Positions 27,001 to 39,970 of a DNA stretch of 64,000 bases are shown here, piece by piece. Origin of the DNA: Macrostomum hystrix (lineage: Eukaryota; Animalia; Platyhelminthes). The stretch is from assembly GCA_950097015.1 (NCBI GenBank), contig CATNEN010000034.1:7006001-7070000 (forward strand). The letters are read 5' to 3'. The position numbers and the translations under genes were made by a program. How positions within the stretch are numbered: position 1 is the stretch's first letter; every line of letters begins with the position of its first letter. The notes under the pieces were generated by a model, which searched no databases, was not told the DNA's origin, and saw only the letters and a program-made list of their open reading frames with translations.

Positions 27001-30000
27001 AGGCCTCGTATTCTTCGATCTCATCCATAACCATCTTCTTCCCCATGTCGATTAGAATCATACGCATGTCGTCCTCATTGACACCGGCGTTCTTTGAGCG
27101 CATGGAAAGCACGTGCACCACACAGTCGTCTGGGATGTACCCAGTCGACATGTACTTCATACTGAGGAACAAGTTGTAATCGGAGCTGAACCGCTTGATT
27201 TCGTTTCCCTCAATGTCGTACCAAGTGACCTCATTGCTGATGAGCGAGAACGACACCAACTGACCATTGGGCATGACAAGTCCCATTCCCAGGCCCAGAT
27301 CGAAGCTGGAGTAGAGCACTCCCGAGCCAGAGTCAAAGCACTGGACTTTGGGAATGAGGCAGCAGTTGCTGAGCGCTTGCTTCGATTGTCTGCACTGGTT
27401 GAGCAGCAGCTTCACTCGGGGACAGTCCTTCTCGTACATGATGAGCCGGCCAATGAGATCGACGCTCAAGTTTGAACGGTCGTACACGAGGCTCTGTGCA
27501 GAGAGCCTGATCGCATTGTACACGAGCTCTGCCTCGGAGATGCACTCAACTCCGAGCTTCTGAGGAAGGTCAAGGTCCCTCAGTAGCAGGTAGCGCGAGG
27601 TGCCCTTCAGCTTGTTGAACATGAAGTCGTAGTCGAACACGATGTAGTCGTAGAACTCGTTCACTCGCTCAGACTTGATGAGATGCCAAGGCAGCTCGTT
27701 CAGTTTGCGCAAGTTGTACTGTGCGGTGCCGTCTTCATCTTTGCGGAGCACGAATGGTTGTTCCGGAACAGCTCGGTCCTCCATCGAGTACTCGGGAAGA
27801 TTCTGAAATTGCACGTCAGGATCAAGGGCTCACATTATTTCAACACGGCCATACGTCAGTACCAACATAAAAGAGTTTCACATCGAAGCAGTACTCGACT
27901 GCTGTCATCTCACAAGCTTCTTTCTTAGATAGGCTGGATACACAAACTTCTTCTTGCGGCCACTCCACAGTCCCAGGAAGTAGTCTGCCATGATTGAGTG
28001 AATGTCGCGCCTGGTATTCTCATCAGACAAGAAGTACTCCTGAGCGACCTCGATGAACTGTCGGTGATACCAGAACACCACCCGGATATTGTCTGCCTCC
28101 CTCTCCACTAGATATGATCCAATATCGTGTCGCAGTCGAGCCCAGCAGATCGGTGGAATGCGGATGAAGGGCGGCAGGTGATGCTGGAACACATCGATGA
28201 GCACAGTGTCATCCAGACTGAGCAAGTCCTCCAACTCCGATTCCGACAGTCCGTTTCTCGAGGCAGTGATGAATGCCAGAGCGTGCGAGGTCTGCGATGC
28301 AAAACGAGAGCAATTTAGATTTTGAGCAACTGCCAAGTTTTCCAATACAAAAGAAAACTAAAATACACCTACAAACAATTTGCCGTGCTTGAGCTCGAGG
28401 TTCTCGAACAACTGAAAGATGGCCTGGCGAACAGTGTAGCGCAAGCAGGACTCGTCCACCTGCTGATACGAGCGCCATCTCAGAACCTCGTGGTACAACA
28501 GGTGCACGTAGATTGGGAGCGAGCACTTTGGAAAGGCCTGCTCAATCAGAGCCCACTGTTGTCGATTCAGCGTGCGGCCTTGTTCGCTGAGCAGAGCTGA
28601 CAAAATGCTCGTGCACAGACTCGTCTCCAACGGAGTCACCTCGACGTAGATGTTCGGGTTGGGAAGCTTCCCTTTAAATGTCTTCAGCAGGTCGAACATG
28701 TTTGGCAGAGTGGACACAATCATCTTCACATTGTCAGGAAGAGGTGTCCGCACCCACGTCAGGTGGTAGGCACCATCTGAGCTGTCCAGTTGATCCACAC
28801 TGTCAAGGAACACCAAGATTCGCCTGAACTGGCCAATGCGATCCAGCATTGAGTAGAAGGTGTTCAAGATCTCTTTGAAGTCGTCGAGTGACTCGCACTT
28901 TTCCTTGTCGTCATCATTGCCAAACAGGGCCAGCTGACGGCACAAGTACTTGAGAGTCTGTCGAATGCTCGACGTGCCAGGACTGGTGCCGAGGAACCGC
29001 AGCAGCACGATCGCTTCTGGTGCATCGGGCTCTGGCAGCCAGCTTCGCACAAGACTGGCGGCCTTGCCCAGAAGAGAGGTCTTGCCACTGCCAGAGTCGC
29101 CATGCACCACCAGAGGCTCAGTGGTGTTGCTCGCTTGCACGTAAGCCTTCACCTTGTCGATGATCTCCTGCCGACCTTGAAACTTCTTCACGTAGTTGAC
29201 GCATGCAGTGGAGTGCTGTAACACCTCTGAGTAAAGATCATCGGCTCGAAGGCGCATGCTCTCTCGCACGGATTCAGCAACGAGACGCATCACATTTTCG
29301 CAGTAGTCTCTGCTGAATTTGTCGAGATAGTCTCTGTGAGTCTCCATGCCGACACCCTCTGAATTGTTGGTCCACTTCAGGGAGTAGCGGAAAGAATTCG
29401 ATTTCGACATGCGTCCTAAAACATGCTTGTTTAATTCTTTGACCATCATGTTCACTGCCTCATCGAGCACCTTGACAGCTTCACCTTTCTCGTTGACGGA
29501 TTCTGTCAGGTCGATGAATTTGAAGAGTTTCCCGCGCGAGAAGTCCCGCTGAGATTCAATGTCAGTAAACTCTCTCACAAACGCAAGAGCCTGAGCTAGC
29601 TTTTGTGGGGGCTTTGACAGGATTCCGTTGATGACCTCCATCTCAGTGACCGACGCCACGAACTTCTTCATAGTCGTGTGCGATATTAGAGTCCTCTGAA
29701 GACACAACTCAGCGCCTCTCTTCATCAGGCTGATGATTTTGTCGTGAGCAGCTGCCCAGCGCTGTCGAGCCGCCTTCAGAAGCTCCTTGTTTGCCTGGAA
29801 AGAAATGTGAAATTCGGCATTATATCAGATGAGTGAATCTGCACATTTGGCCTAAGCGTCACACTCACCGCCTCAGAGAGAGTTGCAATGGGCTTCAAGA
29901 CGTAGATTGGCGGCTGGTTGTTCTCGTCAAGCGTGTACCACTCGTGCAGACATGAGACGTCGCGCCCATCTTGTTTCAGTGCCTCGATGATCTTCTCGAA

Positions 30001-30342
30001 AACATCAGCTTCAACGAGGGCTGCCGGTGGCTGGTTTCCATAGCGCTGACCTAGCAGGCAGATGAAGTAGGGTCCCGCCGACATGATCAGTGAGTTGTCA
30101 ATCTCCTGGTAGCACATGTACGGACCTTGGTGGTCGAGCTGCACATCGTCACCGACTCCCCATCGCATGTCGATGGTCTGGAACTCCAGTCCGAAAGAGT
30201 CACGACAGAACTTCTTCAACTTCGGGTTGACGTGTTGCATGAGGTAGTTGCGCTCAGTTCCCATGTCAGAGAAGGTCGACGAAAGGAAGATGCGCACAAC
30301 GCGACTGTTCATTGGTGGCAGGTCATTCAGTCGACCCTTCAT
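24090..30342 (-). CDS. NWD1/NWD2-like NACHT NTPase, copy 2 (two apparent +1 frameshifts; pseudogene or assembly error)
   Basis: Exons 30342-29869 (frame open back to an acceptor at ~30535), 29794-28373, 28291-27914, 27802-24426, 24344-24090, with the same intron positions as copy 1. The long exon is 3377 nt (2 mod 3), with shifts at ~26620 and ~26436. No Dpy-30 exon was found. Confidence 0.85.
24426..24896 (-). repeat. Inverted repeat block B, right arm
   Basis: Reverse complement of 8618-9088. Confidence 0.95.
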
Positions 30343-30354
30343 CACATTTAAATA
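26711..30354 (-). repeat. Inverted repeat block A, right arm
   Basis: Reverse complement of 3068-6721. Confidence 0.95.
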
Positions 30355-31579
30355 CAGAATGGAGCTGGTTGAAGCTTCAGAGTCTGTTTCAAGGCTTTTT
30401 TTTCTTCGCTTTCTTCGAACTTTTTGTAGCGATTTAGAGGCCGAGCCGGTTCTGTTCAGTGTCCATGAATTTTTGCTGCAACTTGAGCTGCTGGTATCCG
30501 ACGAGAGGAAAAGTACGTCGACTGGACTGGATGTCTACAATTGTTTTTCACATAATCTTGGTCCTTTGTTAACTGTATAAGTATAGTATTTCCGCGTCGA
30601 AAATCATTGTTTAAAATTTCTGCATTTTTAGTATAACACATACGAATAAATGTCGAGAATTTTTCATGTTGTTTTTACAATTTCTCACCCACCCTCATAC
30701 ATGACCCTTGGTGCTCAAAAATGCATAGCAGTCAATCCATTCATTCATACCACCAATCAAGTACTTCTTGCGATACTTCAATATCAGTGGTAGTGACTGT
30801 TATTTAAAACATACCATGTCAAAAGACTGCTGTCCAGTTAAGCGATCTAGTCGGTTCTTTTGCAGAATCTTTTTTACCACAATCTTGGACGAATCCAAAC
30901 AGAAAATTTCAATAGGCGGAGCTCTAGAGAATTTACAATCGCTTATATACGCTCGTACATATACATCCGAGCTAATTGGATAGCTTTGGCGAGTTCGCTT
31001 CGATTTCTGAGAACATTAGCAGAACTTTTCCCACACTTTTACCTGGCGCCGAATTGACGGTGCGCAGCTAAAGATTTCTCTGAGCGACTATGCAGAATTT
31101 TATGACCAGGCGTTTATTACGAATGGCGAAACTGTGTTTGCCACTTATCAACAAGCACTTTTGCCAGTAAAATATTTTCTTTTTTTCTATGAATTCGTGT
31201 TTACGTTGCAGGAAAATGTTTAGAGAACGAAAGGTAGCCAATGTTGGCTGGCAAAATTCCTAGATGATTGCTGAAGATTTTTACGCTGTCAATCATTGCC
31301 AAGAAATAAAAGAAGTAAATACAAACAAAAGTAGTCAACAGTTTTTAGTGAAATGAATCTCGGCAGACTATTGTTTAAATCATTTTTTTAATAAAGTCCT
31401 CATATTGGCATCGCAATGGTCTTCGCAGAAGACACATGAAGACCCTGGAAAGCAGAAATCTAATATTTAAAACAAAACCGAAATACTTTTATACAGTAAC
31501 GAATATAGCATATTTACTAGCCTTCTTGATCGGCTCAACAAGAGTGCAACTCAAATAAAAGTTAAGAAGTGAGATAAGT

Positions 31580-33156
31580 CTAATCCAAAAGCTCTTCAGG
31601 GGGCTCATTCGGTTCTTGCATGGCTATCGACTTGATGCCATTTTTCAAAATAGGCGTTCCCATCAGTTTGCCTACAACAAGGAGAAAAAATATTGTCGGT
31701 AGTTCCGTGCTATGTCGAAAAGAGACTATTTATCCTTCGATCTCCAGGACAATGAACAGCTAGCGCAAGCTAAAGACTAAGGGGGTCGGTGGCAGAGCGG
31801 TTAACGTGTTTGCCTCTCGCACCACGGTCCCTAAGTTCGATTGCACGGCGAGGCCACATTTATTTGGGGCGCAGCCGCGGAGAGAAGGCTTGGGGGCTTG
31901 TCGTGCAATTTACGCCCTTGAGGGCCAACCTCCAAGGCACAGTGAGGTTGTACACTGTCTGGCGATGAGAAAGTCGTATAGTATCTGTGTGCGAGTGTGC
32001 TCAGGAGTCAGCGAAATGGACAGAACTTGCCTCCTCGCTGGCTGCGGGTCTAGTGTCACTAAATGATGTGCCATTGCCCGCAGCCCTCCTGCAATTATTA
32101 TTTATTATTATTATTATTATTATTAAGCTAAAGACTATAAATTGAAGCTAATAATAATAAAATAAAAAGAAATGATTACACCTGCCCCAATATGGCCAGA
32201 TGTGCAGCCGACAGCACAGCCGCAGTTATTGCGCGGCGCATTTGAAGGCTGCGTACGAGTACGGCTGTTCAGTCCATGGACTGGGGGGACGCCACACCCA
32301 CCTTCAATTATCCCAGCTGACGCTGGTACCCTTTAATAGCTGGGTGAACTGAAGCAATAATGCAGAGTTAAGTGTCTTGCTAAAGGACACAAATTGTTCC
32401 AGTGGAGTCGAGAACCGAAACCCCCGACCTTTAAGTCGTGAGTCCGACGCTCTAACCACAAGGCTACAACCTCTGAAGCTAAATAGTTTGATGAAGGCTC
32501 CATTGATGACTTGCTCGATGACACAATCGAAGTTTCTGCCTTCTCCAAATGTGTGAAAACGAGAAAATGACCCAAAACGGTTTTCCACTTCTCCCAAAGA
32601 AAATTGAGCATCAAGCCGATGCTATTAGCTTTGTTAATATGTCTCGAACGTGCAGCGGCTTATTATCCAGAAAAGGTTCGGCTTCATTGCGGTTGCGATC
32701 GATCCTTCTTTGACAGTGTGACTATCGTAAATATGATAACAATGGATGGATTTAGAAAATCAATATTAAAATTGCACAATAATCATACTAACCTATTACT
32801 TTGGCGTGAAAGCGAACAAGCAAAGTTTGCGTGTTGTCACTGCTACTTAGCAACGACGTCATCACCAGGAGACCTTCTGGGTGGGCGAACAAGTGAAAAA
32901 TAAATTCATCTCTATTGGAGTCCAATCTGCGACTGCCCACAAGTTTTACTTTTGGCCGCGTGTCGGAGGTCGGATTGGTTCCCAACTTATGAAGCACTGG
33001 CGGCAGCTGAATCTCGTACACGTGTCCAGACTGCAAAAAGCCCAGTTGAACATTGACAGAGTCATCCGTGCCTGCTTCAACAGTGACATAATCTGACTGG
33101 TGCGGCACGATGTCGGATTCGAAGCGGACGCGATTGTGTAAGTGCTTGTCCGCCAT
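31580..33156 (-). CDS. C20orf27: UPF0687 / C20orf27 (ADISSP) homolog, 151 aa, 2 exons
   Basis: Exons 33156-32793 and 31671-31580 (456 nt). VRF...VQLGFLQSGHVYEI...AHPEGLL...VRFHAKVIGKLMGTPILKNGI parallels the human protein as I recall it. Confidence 0.8.
31780..32124 (+). mobile_element. Full-length tRNA-derived SINE (family B)
   Basis: A box tggcagagcgg, B box gttcgatt, (ATT)n tail; 13-bp TSD aagctaaagacta at 31767-31779 and 32125-32137. Confidence 0.85.
32152..32473 (-). mobile_element. Full-length CORE-type SINE (family A)
   Basis: Reverse complement closely matches 11234-11541; 9-bp TSD tgaagctaa at 32143-32151 and 32474-32482. Confidence 0.88.
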
Positions 33157-34359
33157 GCCCCTGCCTCGATCATATGAAGAATTAAAATGGAAACAAAAAA
33201 TATAAACCGATTAATTGGTTAGTGACATGCATATTGTATCTTTTAATTCATTCTTTTGTGAAGAGTATCAAATTATTGAATTTTCTAAAAAGGTATAAAT
33301 ATAAATTTAGACGCAATAGTTTTATAGTAAAAACAATTCTACATTTCCCTAAATACTGTAATTACCTTTAAAATGATATAATAGCAAAATGTGATCAGAT
33401 CAAACAAAATCAAAACTTGAACATATCTATCCTAAAGTTTAAAGACTAAAGTTTAAAAGTAAAAGTTGTTTGACAAAATATGAAAATGATATACAACTAG
33501 GCAAAATTATACTTAATAATTTCAACTTCTCCAACTTCTCCACAATAATTACTTTAAAAAATATTTAAACATGGCGAAAATTGTTGAAAAAGCAGTTAAT
33601 TTGATATACGCAATATAAGAAACAATAGGATAAAGAGAACAAAATAAGGCAACTTTAATTATTTGATACAGCATTATAGCCGTAGATTATATTGCAAATA
33701 TAAGCTATATGTCAAGCAAAAGAATGTATTAAAATGTTTTCTTAATCCCTCAAAATAAACAAAGTAAATAGTACTGTCCGGACTGAAATAACAAGAATGT
33801 GAATAAGGTACAAACAAAAGTTTAATATTAAAGTAGCCTATCGAAATTGCCACCAATTGGCAAAAAAATGGTGGTCTATAAAATTTCAGCAAATATTAGT
33901 ATCTCTCTCTATTGTTTACAGATAAGAGATACAAACAGAGCAAAAGACCGACACGCACACATAAAACATGAGCAGTTTCTAGTTTATGAAACTCGCTTTA
34001 AGGTCTTACATGTATACACAAGGGTCACAAGCTATTTGTTGCATCAAGTTTCAAACTCAGAGTAGATGATACATTTTCAGCAGTTTGACCATCACGAAAA
34101 ATTTATATCGATATGAACTTTTACTGTACTAGTAAAGATATAACAGTGAAATCTGCTTAAACATTTTTTTCGAGCCTTGTCAATTCTTTCGAATATTTAT
34201 TTGCATTGCAATCAATATCTGACAAAAAGTAAGTATAAACTTTGTTTAAACACGTTTTCGAGAGGCATTTACGTTACGTTTCTTTACTTAGTTACTAATT
34301 GTATTGTAATTAATGGAACTTGCGCCACGGCACAAATGGAGGATGACTCGAGTAACATA

Positions 34360-35640
34360 ACGGGTGTCTCGAAAACTGAGGCCAAATAAACTGTCAATTG
34401 TGGCGTTACCTCTCAACCGACAAGTTTAAAACTTAACAAAATGATTGTAAAAACTTTAAAGTTTTTTTCAGTTTTTTTCAGTAAAGACAGCTCAGCTCAT
34501 ATCTTCAACATTAATATGTGGCCATTAGACTAGCAGCTTTTTTAGCTCAACTGCGTGTTGGAGAAAGTGTTGATGCAAATGTGGCAACTAATCGTAAAAT
34601 CGGTCTAACTCGGCAGTCGCTAGCTCGTATGGCTTGTAAATTCACCGAAGCTCAGCGGCTCAGGATCGTTGAGTTTTTTTTATCAAAGTGGAGAGAGCGT
34701 TGTTCGAAAAGCGGAATGTGCAGCGTCTGATCGAAAAATTCCGCGGCAAAAAAACGCTGCAAAGGATTTAGTGGCCGATCACAGACTGCAAAAACAGAGG
34801 TGAAAAATTTTGACGTCTTGGTAGAAATGCACGAAAGACGGGCTTCGATCAGGCAGGTGTCAGCTATCTGCGCATTTCCCACGCAACCGTTCAATGAATT
34901 GCTAAAGGTGCTCTCCACCTGCACCCGTACCGCGCCGAAGTGAAACACGGGCTTCTTGACGCCGACTTTGTGCAGCGCGCGTATCTCTGCATGAACATAT
35001 ACTGTAGCAGGTGCCATTGCAACATGCAACGATTGTTTTCGTCGACGAGGCAACATTCCGCACGGACGGCACGAATTTGTGGAACGACCGGCTGTGGGCA
35101 GTGGCGGGCACGCGACAGGACATTTCAGCTGCAGGCCAGCATCAGCGCACAACAGTTTTGGCAGCATTCTCAAGTGGCTGCGTGGCCCTTACTTTTTTGC
35201 TCGGACGGTGACAGCAGCTGCATACAGTGACATGCTGCAGAACTTCCTGACTTGGAAGCTGCGAGTCTCTGCGACTGTGTGGTTCCTAATGGATGGAGCA
35301 CCTGCTGACACTGCATTTGAGACGCGACAGTTCCTAGTCGGCGCTTTCGGAGCTGACAGACTGATTGGCCGGTTTTTTGACGTGCCGTGGCCATCGCGAT
35401 CGCCCGACCTCAATCCAGTCGACTTTTTTCTCTGGGGCTTCATGCGAGACCGCGTGTACGCCAATTGCGGTTTCCATGGCAAGGCACAACTGGATGCTGC
35501 TATCTTGGAGGCGTTCAACTGGACGCGGGAGAATAGAATGGATGCAGTGCGGAAATGCGGCTGTCGTTTCCGGCCCGTCTGCAAGAGTGCATTGCAAACT
35601 ATGGAAGGCAGCTCGGCACAGGTGAAGTGGTGAATGCGCC
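34360..35640 (+). mobile_element. Tc1/mariner transposon relic (rosa/DD41D-like), frameshifted transposase
   Basis: IVFVDEATF, WFLMDGAP, WPSRSPDLNPVDFFLWG are spread over several frames; possible left end TA-ACGGGTGTCTC; no right TIR found. Confidence 0.8.
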
Positions 35641-35889
35641 TGCTCTTTCTCTCGGGTCTCTGTTGCATCACACTGTTTGTGATTGTTGATTTGTTACATG
35701 ATCTGTGTTTGTTCTCACTTTCTGTCTGTTCACACTTTCTCCACATCAGCAACTTCTGCTGCTGTCTGTGGCAATTGTCTCATTGTGCTTTCATAATATA
35801 TGCTTCCGAATTGCACTCTTAGTTTACACAGTCAGCTGCCGGAAAAAAACGAAAGAGGGCTGCAATACACAATGCAATGGAAAATTCCG

Positions 35890-36260
35890 TATGGGAATAT
35901 ATTTTGTAGTAAGTGCAAAACGGAAGTTGAAAAAACGAGGTCCACTTCCTATTTAAGTGCAGTTGAAATATGTATTGCACTGCACGTTCGAATTTTGAAA
36001 AGAACATTTCTGGGAAAACTCCCAATTTCGCATCCTTAACAGCAGAAGAGAAATCTACGAGTAACTACATAATGGCACAAGAAGATAGGGAAACCCCTGA
36101 AGCTTTAGCAAAATACATCATAGATATCTCTTAAATAAGGGAACAGCTGCCCTGAAGCTATTAACATTTAACGATATACACTTATATTTTTTATTCCTGG
36201 CGTCCCTTGTGTTTTTGCTGCTTTTATTTTTAACACCTTTGCTCTTCCTTCCCAGCTCAG
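35890..36260 (+). mobile_element. 3' fragment of a non-LTR retrotransposon (CR1-group-like), copy 1
   Basis: FCSKCKTEVEK..HFLFKC C-terminal motif plus 3'UTR; similar to 55250-55690 on the opposite strand. Confidence 0.65.
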
Positions 36261-36409
36261 TAGAAAATTCTTACAAAACTTTGTTTTTGTATGTTCTTTT
36301 TTTGTCGAGTAGAATATTCTCAGAAAATGAAAAATTAATAATAAATTAATTGTCTTCATCGAATAATATTTAAATATCATTGATACATAAAGCTAAAAAA
36401 AATTTTCAT

Positions 36410-37904
36410 TTACGAAGTCTCTTGCTGCTGAACATTATGGTAGTATTGCCTCGCTAATGCCGGTTGACGGTTCGACTGTAATTGCTTTGTCCTGCATCTC
36501 TGGCGTCCCCGCAGCAAGTGAACACTAGTCCGACCGGCGCCACCGGCCCCTCCGCCGCTTGCATGCGCATTTGGCTTGATCCCAAGCCAACAACGCCGCA
36601 GGCGCAAGCGCAGGCGCACTCTAAATTCTGCGCTAGAGCCGCAGTACACAACAAAGTTTACTAGACTGTCCACCAGCATGAGAAGGTTGAGAATGCGGGT
36701 GTTACATCGACGCTGCTTAAAAAATCTTAGCAGTGCGCACACAAATGTAGGACAATTAAGTGATATAAATGCCAGTGAGAGGGGTAGCACAATGCGAGTG
36801 GCTCTCATGCAGAGGTAGGCTGACACTGAGGATGCTCTGCGCTTTGAGCATGTGATTGCAATCACGCCAATCGAACTCAACCCAACCAGAGCTACTGGTA
36901 GCGCTCGCGAGAAGATGAAACGACCTGCGCGAGGTTGATGAAAAAATCATATCAAAGCAAGCCTATCCAGTTGGTTTGTTGTGCCTGTATCGCAGAACAA
37001 TACATTATAATCCTATAGATTGAGCACTATAAAGAATGCATTTCTAGTAAGCTTAGAAAAAAACTGTGTTAATAATAAATTTAACTTGATTAGTCGAGAC
37101 TAGTGATGGTACAATAGCCTTTATGTACACAAGTGAATTCACTGACACGTACTCTTATTTTAAGACTCTAGCGAACTAGATAATAGCCTCTCCTATGTCA
37201 ATCTCCTCAAAATGTGAATGTCATTTTAGACCCTATAGATTCAGTTCTGGCCAAGTCTTACCAAGGTGAAAATGGGCCTTCAGCGCAGCGGGTAGACGAT
37301 TGTTGGGCACTAGATAGACATCCCCGCCGCTGCATTCCAGGAACAGGTTCATGAAGAGGCTGGCCGAAGAGTCGGACAATGACAGAATCGCTAGGACACC
37401 GATTGCGCAGCGATTCACCAGCGGTCGTCGGAGCAGTCGCCATCGCCCCGACGGTGAGCAAAGTAGCGTCTCAAGTCGGGCGGCCGACAGCAGGACGATT
37501 TGCCAGTTGCGCAGGCGCAGGCCCAGATTGTTGAGAGTGGCGCCTACGGCTGCCAAACGGAGCAGCGGCAGGCAGAGTTGTGGACGGGGCACAGGTGCTT
37601 TGAACATGCAGTCAGTGGGCAGATGGATGGCGGCTAGCAGGAGGTAGCCAGAGTTGCAGACGATCTCGCCGATGCACAGCCAGCTGAGGTTCAGCCAGAG
37701 CGAGCGACTGTGCCCGCGCATGTCCGGGAAGACTGTCAGCGCAGCGGCGTTGAGACAGACGCCCAGCAGGGAGAGAACCGCAGCGCAGGCATACTCGAGT
37801 TGGTAGTCTGGCCGGCTGAAGCAGCCAGAGCACAGGCTCCGCAGCCGATCTCGGCTGCAGTTTCCATCGGCAATTTCCGTCAAAACAGCGCCGAAGTCTG
37901 ACAT
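36410..37904 (-). CDS. Orphan rhodopsin-like GPCR, 385 aa, 2 exons
   Basis: Exons 37904-37262 and 36924-36410 (1158 nt). Seven hydrophobic segments: TM1 GVCLN, TM3 RNWQIVLLSAAR, TM5 RALP, TM7 DSLVNFVVYCGSSAEFR. Confidence 0.8.
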
Positions 37905-38475
37905 TAGTTGATGTTCGATTCGCGAGATTCACGGCTTCGACGGAGCGGCAGGGAATGGAAGCGGATGTTGCGGAGGTGGCAGTGCATGCGTGTATTTTAT
38001 ACGGATTCGGGGCTGAGGGAAGGCAGAGGAAAGCAAACACAGCAGGATGTGTCTGCAACGGGCACAGCTGGGAAGGCGACGTAATACTAAAGCGTGGGCT
38101 ATTGCTTTTTGCAATGCAAACAAGAAAACGCTAAAAGAAAAAAGCCTTATCAACTGGGGTAAAGCTGGAATCAGATGTAGAAAGGGGAGTTTAACATCAA
38201 TGGGGCATAGCCAATTCCAGAAATTGCCAATCGATCATTATCAGCCAACAGAGAAAATCGGCTCCACAGCAATAGTCAACTATTGCTTCGGCCAACAGTG
38301 TCAGATGTTCTGAAAAGTGAGCAGCATTACGTGTGTACAGCTCGTGTTCAAGTCTATGTTTGCAATTGAATTTGAGTGACACTTTGCCTTCATATTTCCT
38401 AATATGGTTTATGATTTACGAAGTGTTGATCCAAGTATACATTAGGTCACGGAGCTTGTGCAAGCGAACTTGATT

Positions 38476-39298
38476 GACTTACTTGACTTAGCTGCAGGGG
38501 GCATATTATGGATGCAGCGGGGAGGCGTTGCGCCCATTCCGCTAGCCCCTGGCGACCACGGGCAACTAAAGCTGCGGTGTCGCGCAGGGGGATCCGGTGA
38601 TGCCCGGCGTCCACAGCGCGGTCCTCCTCCGGAGAGTCCAGGAGGTGGAGAGTACGCTCGCCCGGTGGCACATAGGTAACGGACGAGCTGGCAGATGTTC
38701 TCAGGCCTGAAAACGTCGGAGAGATCCAGGGTTTGGGCCGAGATAGGTGAGCCTGTCCTGAGTCGAAGGCGGGGCAGTCGCAAATAAAATGCTCTGCATC
38801 CTCAACGTAGGAGAGGCAGAAAGGGCACTCCTCACTGCGGATTTTGCCTAGCAGGAAGCGGTGCCTAGCGAAACAGCCATGGCCACAGGGGGCCATGGTA
38901 ACTGCCCTGATGTCCCTGCGGTTAAGTCAAGCAGGGCTTTGCGAAGGGCAGTGGAGGGACAAGGAACAGCAGCGCGAGACTGCCGACAATCGGCGGTATT
39001 GATCCACCTGTCCTTGTGCTTTGAGGCCACCCACTGGTTAATCCGAGTGTTGACGACGGCGGTAGGGTAGATTCCTGCAGGCACGGGGGCCAAAAAGCGA
39101 ACCCGTCGAACCGGCCTTGGCGAGGCTGTCGGCCAATTCGTTACCAGGGTGGCCAGAGTGCCCTGGAATCCACCTTAGGGACACCTTGTTATGGGTCCCT
39201 AAGCGGTTGAGTTGCGCAGTCGAGGACTGTGCGCGAGCAGGTGTGCGTGCGTCCAAGGGCATGGATCGCTGCCTGGCTGTCCGAGTGTCCTGGCTAAT
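38476..39298 (-). mobile_element. 5'-truncated, degenerate LOA-like LINE
   Basis: RNase H end ([19 protein letters not shown]), zinc finger CPFC...EHFICDC, tail aagtcaagtaagtc; 15-bp TSD caagcgaacttgatt at 38461-38475 and 39299-39313. Confidence 0.9.
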
Positions 39299-39419
39299 CA
39301 AGCGAACTTGATTAGATAACTGCTGGGAAAAATTGTGACAGAATGCATAAAAGTTCACTCTATCCAGAAATTGTTTCTTTGAGTCTTGAAACTAGATCTT
39401 TGTTGACTTACATTGACTT

Positions 39420-39970
39420 ACAATAACAACTGCAACAACAAGAACAAGAACAACAGCAACAAACTACAACAGCCCAGAAAAGCCAACGCGGGCTGCTGTT
39501 AAAATGCGCGCGCAAACGCAGAACTGCGCACTATCGCGAGTCCGCGAGGGTCAGAAATGCCTGCGTCATTCAATAGTAGGTCGGCATAACGGTGCGATCT
39601 CGCCTGGCCTCGCCGCCACGACCCCTATAGGGAAAGCAGCAGCTCATCCTGCAGTGGCACAGGGCAGCGCTGCTCTGCACGAATGACGTGGCCGGCAAGC
39701 TGCTAGGCTTGGCTGGCAGAGCTGGGCCCGACGGTAAAGCTCCGCATTGCTGATGTTGGTGGTGGTGGTCAGGCGAGTAGTGGACACCAAAAGCGGCACG
39801 CAGAAGGCCTGCGTGGGAGGCGTTGAGTTGTTTCTACTGCGAGCCGGTCAGGGTCCATGTTTGGGCGTTGTAAAGGAGAACGGTCTCAATGACGGCCTGA
39901 AACAAGCGCCCTCTCAGCCGATCCGGCATCGCTGGACATTGCAGGACAGTCCGCACGAATCGAAAGGCTC
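39420..39970 (-). mobile_element. 3' fragment of an RTE-like LINE, degenerate
   Basis: Minus strand reads RLFQAVIETVLLYNAQTWTL, ISNAELY, LAGHVIR, RRGQAR..RYADLL with stops and frameshifts; GTT-rich tail. Confidence 0.75.

Noticed and set aside
31780-31860. tRNA genes at the SINE heads (also 11240 and 32400-32473)
   Set aside because: The cloverleafs are incomplete and each continues into a SINE body with a TSD.
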